Positions 9,679 through 14,683 of a stretch of DNA of 38,205 nucleotides are shown here, piece by piece. How positions within the stretch are numbered: position 1 is the stretch's first letter; each line of letters opens with the position of its first letter. Source of the DNA: Clostridia bacterium (GTDB lineage: Bacteria > Bacillota > Clostridia > UBA1381 > UMGS1253); assembly GCA_045532715.1 (NCBI GenBank), contig JAZSGM010000180.1, positions 1-38,205 on the forward strand, read 5' to 3'. The notes under the pieces are model-generated. The model was not told the DNA's origin and made no database searches. It worked only from the letters and a program-made list of their open reading frames with translations. Position numbers and translations under genes: made by a program.

Positions 9679-10302
9679 ATGGCAGAATATCATTTGACGG
9701 CACCGCTGAGCGATGCAGATGTGGCAAAGCTGAAAATCGGCGACACGGTCTACATCAGCGGCAAGTGTTTCACTTGTCGCTCAAGACTTCAGAAGTATAT
9801 TTTTGATGAAAACAATGTGCTGCCGTTTGACACGGCGGACAGAAATATTTTAATCCATAATGGACCGATTGTAATCAAAGAAAACGGAAAATGGAAGCTT
9901 GTTTCGTTTATGCCGACTTCGAGCATACGCTTTGAAAAGTGGGGCGCAAAGAGTGTGGCAGAATGGGGACTGAAGATGATTGTCGGAAAGACTACCATGG
10001 GCGCAGAAACGGCAAAAATGATGAAGGAAAAAAAGTGCGTACACGTTTCCCCACGTTCGGTAAGCCCGAATTTGTGGATTGATTCCATTGAGGTTGAGGA
10101 TGTTTATCTCTATGATGAGCTCGGCAGAATTGAAGCTGCCTGGTTTTTTAAGCTAAACGATTTGGGTCCGTTTATCGTAGACATTGATTGTGAGGGTAAT
10201 AACTATTTTGACCGCCTGGACGGTGCGATTGCGGAAAGAAAAACCAAAGCACTCAAAGCGCTGGGAATAGACGAAGACTTTGAATTTACAAAATTATACT
10301 AA
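9679..10302 (+). CDS. Fe-S hydro-lyase beta subunit (FumA C-terminal / TtdB type)
   Basis: 207 aa, LKIGDTVYISGKCFTCR...HNGPIV. AGGAGG SD. Lies directly after the alpha subunit. Confidence 0.8.
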   Translation: MAEYHLTAPLSDADVAKLKIGDTVYISGKCFTCRSRLQKYIFDENNVLPFDTADRNILIHNGPIVIKENGKWKLVSFMPTSSIRFEKWGAKSVAEWGLKMIVGKTTMGAETAKMMKEKKCVHVSPRSVSPNLWIDSIEVEDVYLYDELGRIEAAWFFKLNDLGPFIVDIDCEGNNYFDRLDGAIAERKTKALKALGIDEDFEFTKLY

Positions 10303-10305
10303 GGT

Positions 10306-10339
10306 AAAAAGAACATTGGTCACGCCAATGTTCTTTTTG
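10306..10339 (+). terminator. Intrinsic terminator ending the AtuA-like operon
   Basis: 9-bp stem GAACATTGG/CCAATGTTC followed by TTTTT. Confidence 0.75.
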
Positions 10340-10370
10340 TGTTGTTGCAAAAAGTTTGCACGATTTTATA

Positions 10371-10399
10371 TTGAAAATGCACTTTGTTTGTATTATGAT
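10371..10399 (+). promoter_or_regulatory. Sigma-A-type promoter
   Basis: TTGAAA (10371-10376), 17-nt spacer, TATGAT (10394-10399). Confidence 0.6.
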
Positions 10400-10441
10400 A
10401 TAGGCAGAATAGAAACGAGAACGCTTAAATGAGGTGCTTTT

Positions 10442-11425
10442 ATGGATTTCAGCAAAAGAATGGGTAAGGCAAATCAAAACTCGATTTTTGAGATGGAAGG
10501 CTATTTTGTATGGTGCGGCACGGTGACCAAGGGCGACGACGGGCTGTACTATTTGTATTTTTCCTTCTGGCCGAAGGAAAAGGGTGCATTTAACGACCAG
10601 TGGGTTATCTGCTCGAAGGTCGGCTGGGCGGTCAGTGACAATCCGTACGGCGGCTTTAAGTATGGCGGTGTTGCCCTGGAAGGCAAGGCCGGCAGCTGGG
10701 ATGCACACTCGATTCACAATCCGGCGGTTTTGAAGGTCGACGGCAAATATTATATGTACCATATGGGCAACTACGGCAACGGCGAGTACTGGAACCACAG
10801 AAATCATCAGCGCATCGGCTGCGCCGTGGCGGACAATCCGAGAGGTCCGTTTGTACATTCGGATAAGCCGGTGGTGGATGTTTCGCCGGACAGCTTTGAT
10901 TCTTTGATGACCTCCAACCCGAGCGTAACGCAGGGGCCGGACGGTAAGTTTTATATGATTTATAAAGCCGTGCGCGATAACGGCGAGCGTCCGAAGGGCG
11001 GCGCAGTCATTTGCGGTCTTGCGGTGGCGGAGAAGCCGGACGGTCCGTTTGAAAAGTACGGCAAGCCCCTCTTTGTCAATCCGGAGCACGATTGGTCGGT
11101 AGAGGATACCTTTATCTGGTATGAGGACGGCAAATTCTATGCCCTTGCCAAGGATTTTCAGGGGTATTTTACCAAGACGCACAGAAAAGGTGATACGGCG
11201 CTGTTTGTATCGGACAACGGTTATGACTGGGTGGTGGACAGCGAGCATCCGTTTGCCTGCGGCAGAGACATTGAATTTGAAGACGGTACAATAACGGTGC
11301 ACCGCATGGAGCGCCCGCAAATCTATTTCGAGGACGGCAAGCCGAAGGTGATTTCCTGGGCGGTTATGCCGGACATCAGCGCAGAGCATACCTACAATAT
11401 CATTCTTCCGATGGACAAGGAGTAA
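10442..11425 (+). CDS. Five-bladed beta-propeller glycoside hydrolase (GH43/GH117-like)
   Basis: 327 aa, no signal peptide. Repeated propeller-type blades (DGLYYLYFSFW, DGKYYMYHMGN, DGKFYMIYKAV, DGKFYALAKDF). Confidence 0.6.
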   Translation: MDFSKRMGKANQNSIFEMEGYFVWCGTVTKGDDGLYYLYFSFWPKEKGAFNDQWVICSKVGWAVSDNPYGGFKYGGVALEGKAGSWDAHSIHNPAVLKVDGKYYMYHMGNYGNGEYWNHRNHQRIGCAVADNPRGPFVHSDKPVVDVSPDSFDSLMTSNPSVTQGPDGKFYMIYKAVRDNGERPKGGAVICGLAVAEKPDGPFEKYGKPLFVNPEHDWSVEDTFIWYEDGKFYALAKDFQGYFTKTHRKGDTALFVSDNGYDWVVDSEHPFACGRDIEFEDGTITVHRMERPQIYFEDGKPKVISWAVMPDISAEHTYNIILPMDKE

Positions 11426-11430
11426 GATCT

Positions 11431-13113
11431 ATGAGAATTTTTGACATGCATACGCATATGGGCATTAAGTGCGGTAAGCCGGATGTGCTTGCCGAAATGG
11501 AAAAGGCAGGCGTGTACGGCGGCTGCATCTTTTCGCCGCGCCCGAAGGAGCACAGTAAGGAGTTTGGCGTGGAATTTGAAGAGCGGCTTGCGGCGGTGCT
11601 GGATTTTACGAAGGACCACCGCGACAGACTTTTTCCGATTCTGTGGGTTGACCCGTATGAAAAGAATATTTTTGAAAACATTGATAAGGCTGTAAAGGCA
11701 GGCATCGATGGCTTTAAGATGATTTGCTCGACCTATTTTGTGTATGAAGAGCAGTCACTTGCGGTACTAAAGCATATTGCATCTTATAACAAGCCGGTGT
11801 TTTTCCACTCCGGCATTTTGTGGGACGGCAAGGTTTCGTCGGCATACAATCGCCCGATGAACTGGGAGGCGCTTTTGCCCATCAAGGGATTGCGTTTTTC
11901 GATGGGGCACTGCTCGTGGCCGTGGATTGACGAATGTATTGCGATGTACGGCAAGTTTTTAAATGCCGACAACAAGGGCACGCGTGAGCACGCAGAGATG
12001 TTTCTGGATTTGACACCCGGCACGCCGGACATCTACCGTGAGGAGCTTTTGGAAAAGCTGTTTACCATCGGCTATGATTTTGAAAACAATGTATTTTTCG
12101 GAACGGACTGTTATTCACAGCACTACAATCCGGACTGGACAAAGCATTGGTTAGATACTGACCGCAAAATTATGGACAAGCTCGGTGTCAGCAAGGCGGT
12201 ACGCGAAAAGATTTACTTCGACAATCTTCTGCGCTTCCTTGGTAAGAGTGAGGCAGTTATTGAGCATGCACGTCCGAGTGAGGACAATTCCAATGCGTGG
12301 AGCCCGGTCAATGGCGCAGTGTATGAAATCATTGAGAAGTGGTATAAAAAATTAAGCTTCCCGAAGGTGTATGATGCGGCGTTTAAAAAGGCAATGCGCG
12401 ACATTAAAATTTCCGACGCGATTACAATAGAGAATTATGATATGAAAGAAACGGATGGTAAGCGCAATTTGCTTTCGTATTTATTCTTCTGTGAGGCGCT
12501 TTGCGAAAAGTATGCCGCAAAGGGTATCAGCGAGGATGTTTTAATAGCTACATTGCAGGATATTGTAATTTGGCTCGATACATGGAGCGACTTAAAGGGC
12601 GAGATGTATCTTGGCGAACTCTCGTGGCTCAGATATCATATGTCGATGCGGCTGTTCAGGCTCGGCAGATTGCAGTTTTGTATAGCAGGCGCAGGGCATG
12701 ATATTCCGTCTGCAAATGTAAAAAAAGGCGAACCGGTCATTGAAGTGCACATTCCGGAGGCCGGCAAATTGGACCGTGCAAGCTGCGAAGCCAGCCTTGC
12801 GCAGGCAAGAGAATTTTTCAAAACATATTTTCCGGAATACGATTACAAGTGCTTTACCTGCCACAGCTGGCTCTTGGACGAATCCTTAAAGGACATTTTA
12901 GGTGCAGAGAGCAACATAAGCAAATTCCGTGAGATGTTTGTTTTGGATGTTGCAGAAGAATCTGATGCAATATTTAAGTATGTGTTCCGCTGGAATGCGA
13001 CGAGAAATCAAATACTGAAAATGCCGTGTGCCTCTGGCTTTGCAAGCAGGGTGCAAAAAAAGGCGCGCGAAGGCGGTAAGTTTTACGAAACCGTCGGTTG
13101 GATTCAAAAATAG
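11431..13113 (+). CDS. Fusion: amidohydrolase-type TIM-barrel hydrolase + GNAT-like acyltransferase-domain module
   Basis: N-terminus MRIFDMHTHMG and FHSGILWD fit metal-dependent amidohydrolases. The C-terminal ~270 aa carry GRLQF, VHIPE and CHSWLLD motifs that I remember from stand-alone 'acyltransferase domain-containing' proteins. Confidence 0.6.
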   Translation: MRIFDMHTHMGIKCGKPDVLAEMEKAGVYGGCIFSPRPKEHSKEFGVEFEERLAAVLDFTKDHRDRLFPILWVDPYEKNIFENIDKAVKAGIDGFKMICSTYFVYEEQSLAVLKHIASYNKPVFFHSGILWDGKVSSAYNRPMNWEALLPIKGLRFSMGHCSWPWIDECIAMYGKFLNADNKGTREHAEMFLDLTPGTPDIYREELLEKLFTIGYDFENNVFFGTDCYSQHYNPDWTKHWLDTDRKIMDKLGVSKAVREKIYFDNLLRFLGKSEAVIEHARPSEDNSNAWSPVNGAVYEIIEKWYKKLSFPKVYDAAFKKAMRDIKISDAITIENYDMKETDGKRNLLSYLFFCEALCEKYAAKGISEDVLIATLQDIVIWLDTWSDLKGEMYLGELSWLRYHMSMRLFRLGRLQFCIAGAGHDIPSANVKKGEPVIEVHIPEAGKLDRASCEASLAQAREFFKTYFPEYDYKCFTCHSWLLDESLKDILGAESNISKFREMFVLDVAEESDAIFKYVFRWNATRNQILKMPCASGFASRVQKKAREGGKFYETVGWIQK

Positions 13114-13118
13114 AAAAA

Positions 13119-13150
13119 CGCTCTCCCTTATTTAAGGGGAGGGCGTTTTA
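13119..13150. terminator. Bidirectional terminator (560-aa gene / smORF copy 1)
   Basis: AAAAA, stem CGCTCTCCC.../...GGGGAGGGCG, TTTT. Confidence 0.7.
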
Positions 13151-13157
13151 GCTTTGC

Positions 13158-13271
13158 TTAGCTTTCTTTTGCGCAAATATATGCATCTTCCATTTTGCAT
13201 TGCAGCTGCTTTAATTCTTCAATCATATCCGTGATTTTGTTAAACACTTCAAAATACAGTTTTTCGTCCAT
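13158..13271 (-). CDS. Unannotated 37-aa small protein MDEKLYFEVFNKITDMIEELKQLQCKMEDAYICAKES (copy 1)
   Basis: ATG at 13271, GAGGTG SD (13283-13278) 6 nt upstream, TAA at 13160-13158, terminator downstream. A second copy encodes the identical peptide, and its only 2 nt differences are third-position synonymous changes. Confidence 0.65.
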   Translation of the reverse strand: MDEKLYFEVFNKITDMIEELKQLQCKMEDAYICAKES

Positions 13272-13285
13272 CGTTTTCACCTCTA

Positions 13286-13317
13286 AAATAAAAAAATGCG
13301 CAGCCGAGGCCACGCAT
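13286..13317 (-). terminator. Intrinsic terminator between the leader and the smORF RBS (copy 1)
   Basis: Minus strand: AUGCGUGGC CUCG GCUGCGCAU (9-bp stem) followed by U7. It ends about 8 nt before the SD. Confidence 0.75.
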
Positions 13318-13435
13318 GAAAAACGAGGTCTGTTTGCTGCGACGCAATCACATACACCAACACGGTTATGAGAACCAGACCTGCGTTTTTACCTGAACGC
13401 AAGTCGTGTTAGTGTATATTGTGATTTCGTCGCAA
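13318..13435 (-). ncRNA. Structured leader / candidate sRNA, variant 1
   Basis: Starts at the predicted TSS. The 29-nt arm (13433-13405) pairs with the 26-nt arm (13364-13339), about 25 bp with one 3-nt bulge. Includes G-U pairs that would be A-C on the other strand. The apical 40 nt contain a 9-bp hairpin. Confidence 0.6.
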
Positions 13436-13439
13436 CATT

Positions 13440-13468
13440 ATTGTATCATATTTTTAAAAGGCTGTCTA
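13440..13468 (-). promoter_or_regulatory. Sigma-A-type promoter of module 1
   Basis: Minus strand: TAGACA (13468-13463), 17 nt, TACAAT (13445-13440), with TG one base upstream of the -10. Confidence 0.65.
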
Positions 13469-13492
13469 TACCTTTTCGTCGCAGATTTCGAC

Positions 13493-13530
13493 AAAAAGCG
13501 CCCTTCCCTTAGATCAGGGAGGGCGTTTTA
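13493..13530. terminator. Hairpin terminator at the junction of the two modules
   Basis: AAAAA GCGCCCTTCCCT tagatc AGGGAGGGCG TTTT. Confidence 0.7.
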
Positions 13531-13537
13531 GCTTTGC

Positions 13538-13651
13538 TTAGCTTTCTTTTGCGCAAATATATGCATCTTCCATTTTGCATTGCAGCTGTTTTAATTCTTC
13601 AATCATATCCGTGATTTTGTTAAACACCTCAAAATACAGTTTTTCGTCCAT
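13538..13651 (-). CDS. Unannotated 37-aa small protein, copy 2 (identical peptide)
   Basis: Same SD and ATG geometry as copy 1. It differs from copy 1 only at 13589 (AAG>AAA, Lys21) and 13628 (GAA>GAG, Glu8). Confidence 0.65.
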   Translation of the reverse strand: MDEKLYFEVFNKITDMIEELKQLQCKMEDAYICAKES

Positions 13652-13665
13652 CGGTTTCACCTCTA

Positions 13666-13697
13666 AAATAAAAAAATGCGCAGCCGAAGCCACGCAT
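13666..13697 (-). terminator. Intrinsic terminator between the leader and the smORF RBS (copy 2)
   Basis: Same hairpin as copy 1, with the loop changed to UUCG, followed by U7. Confidence 0.75.
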
Positions 13698-13826
13698 GAA
13701 AAATACATGACTCCGTGTCGTCAAACAAATCCACATTCTAACAGAAAGTATGCAGAATAGAGCATGTATTTTTACCGGAAGGTAAAAAACATACTTTCTG
13801 TTAATGTATTGAGATTTGTTTGACAG
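13698..13826 (-). ncRNA. Structured leader / candidate sRNA, variant 2
   Basis: The 35-nt arm (13824-13790) pairs with the 33-nt arm (13752-13720): 12 bp, an internal loop, then 5 + 13 bp. The apical 37 nt contain an 8-bp hairpin UUUUUACC-uucc-GGUAAAAA. Confidence 0.6.
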
Positions 13827-13830
13827 CATT

Positions 13831-13859
13831 ATTATATCATATTTTCAAAAGGCTGTCTA
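13831..13859 (-). promoter_or_regulatory. Sigma-A-type promoter of module 2
   Basis: Minus strand: TAGACA (13859-13854), 17 nt, TATAAT (13836-13831), with an upstream TG. Confidence 0.65.
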
Positions 13860-13883
13860 TACCTTTTCGTCGCAGATTTCGAC

Positions 13884-13908
13884 AAAAAGCGCCCATATGG
13901 GCGCTTTT
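13884..13908. terminator. Bidirectional terminator after the kinase gene
   Basis: AAAAA GCGCCCA t(a) TGGGCGC TTTT. Confidence 0.7.
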
Positions 13909-13933
13909 AATCGGCTTTGCCAAAGATGCATAT

Positions 13934-14683
13934 TTATTCGTAGTCCATTACATCTGCCCAGGCAAGCAGGAATTCACGTTCGTGCTCGTTGCCCTTCACA
14001 GACTGGGATGCAGCGACGATCGGCATCCATTTTTGCACATACTGCATTGCGGTATCGCTCTTTTTGCAGAACAAGTCGAGATATTTCTTTGCACCTGCTT
14101 CATCACCGGCAAGGCAGAACAAGAGGTAGGTTCTTGCTGCATCGGCGGAGGCATTGCCCTGCGTTGCGTGCGACCAGTCAAGGATATACGGCGTGCCGTC
14201 TGTTTGTACAACAATGTTGGACGGATTAAAGTCGCCGTGGCAGACCTTGTTGTGCTTCGGCATACCTTCAAGGCGGGTATGCAGCTCGTAGCGCGTGGTC
14301 GCATCTAAAGTGGTCTGGCTGATTTTGCGATGCATTTTATCACGCAGCTTGTTTAAGAGCGGTGCGGTTTTACTGTGCATCGTAAGCTGTAAATCCACAA
14401 AGAAGGCGAGATATTCGTCCTTCTTGTCCGGATTTTCTTCCATCAGCTGTGCCAGGGTTTTGCCTTCGATATATTCGGTAATGATTGCCCACTTGCCGTC
14501 GATGGTGGTAACCTCTAAAATTTTCGGAATGTTTAAGCCGGTATCCTCTACTCTTGCGTGGTTGAGCGCTTCGTTTAAAATGTCAGCCTTGGAAAAATCG
14601 GCATTGAATACTTTGATACAGCGGTTCTCTTCGAGATAGACCGTCTTGTTTTTTCTCACTGCAATGACTTTATCGAGCTTCAT
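13934..14683 (-). CDS. APH/choline-kinase-family small-molecule kinase
   Basis: 249 aa with the catalytic-loop motif CHGDFNPSNIVV and YILDWSHA. Confidence 0.75.
   Translation of the reverse strand: MKLDKVIAVRKNKTVYLEENRCIKVFNADFSKADILNEALNHARVEDTGLNIPKILEVTTIDGKWAIITEYIEGKTLAQLMEENPDKKDEYLAFFVDLQLTMHSKTAPLLNKLRDKMHRKISQTTLDATTRYELHTRLEGMPKHNKVCHGDFNPSNIVVQTDGTPYILDWSHATQGNASADAARTYLLFCLAGDEAGAKKYLDLFCKKSDTAMQYVQKWMPIVAASQSVKGNEHEREFLLAWADVMDYE

Larger units (their letters stand above)
13137..13503 (-). repeat. Tandem module copy 1
   Basis: 13137-13323 matches 13517-13703 at 183/187 nt. 13436-13503 matches 13827-13894 at 66/68 nt. The centre (13324-13435) cannot be aligned with copy 2. Confidence 0.95.
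13517..13894 (-). repeat. Tandem module copy 2
   Basis: See copy 1. Offset is 380 bp on the left block and 391 bp on the right block. The central 123 bp (13704-13826) are unrelated in sequence to copy 1. Confidence 0.95.

Noticed and set aside
10346-10383. TGCA(A/C) boxes at 10346, 10357 and 10378 as a third instance of the AraC-type repeat
   Set aside because: The 21-bp spacing holds for one pair only, the core is TGCAC rather than TGCAA, and the distance to the -10 differs from the other two promoters.
10286-11389. 367-aa minus-strand ORF
   Set aside because: It lies entirely antisense to the well-supported beta-propeller GH gene. Its composition is Arg/His/Leu-rich and biased, and it has no SD, so it is a shadow ORF.
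13158-13271. smORF considered as a type I toxin
   Set aside because: The peptide is acidic and hydrophilic with no transmembrane stretch. I found no convincing antisense promoter on the plus strand.
13286-13435. Leader considered as a known riboswitch or T-box
   Set aside because: I see no T-box consensus or specifier-loop layout, and no core motifs of the riboswitch classes I can recall (preQ1, c-di-GMP, ZTP, purine, SAM, TPP). A ligand-binding aptamer would also not normally tolerate complete sequence replacement between two copies. An Rfam scan is still needed.
13575-13829. ORF-track entries 13575-13760 (+, 61 aa) and 13629-13829 (-, 66 aa)
   Set aside because: They run through the terminator, the leader hairpin and the promoter of module 2. 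They have no SD and no counterpart in module 1, so they are chance ORFs.
13137-13894. Tandem repeat considered as a CRISPR array or a ToxI-like type III antitoxin repeat array
   Set aside because: There are only two units with a period of 380-391 bp, and each contains its own promoter, terminators and ORF. There are no short regular repeats, no cas genes, and no ToxN-sized gene after the terminator.
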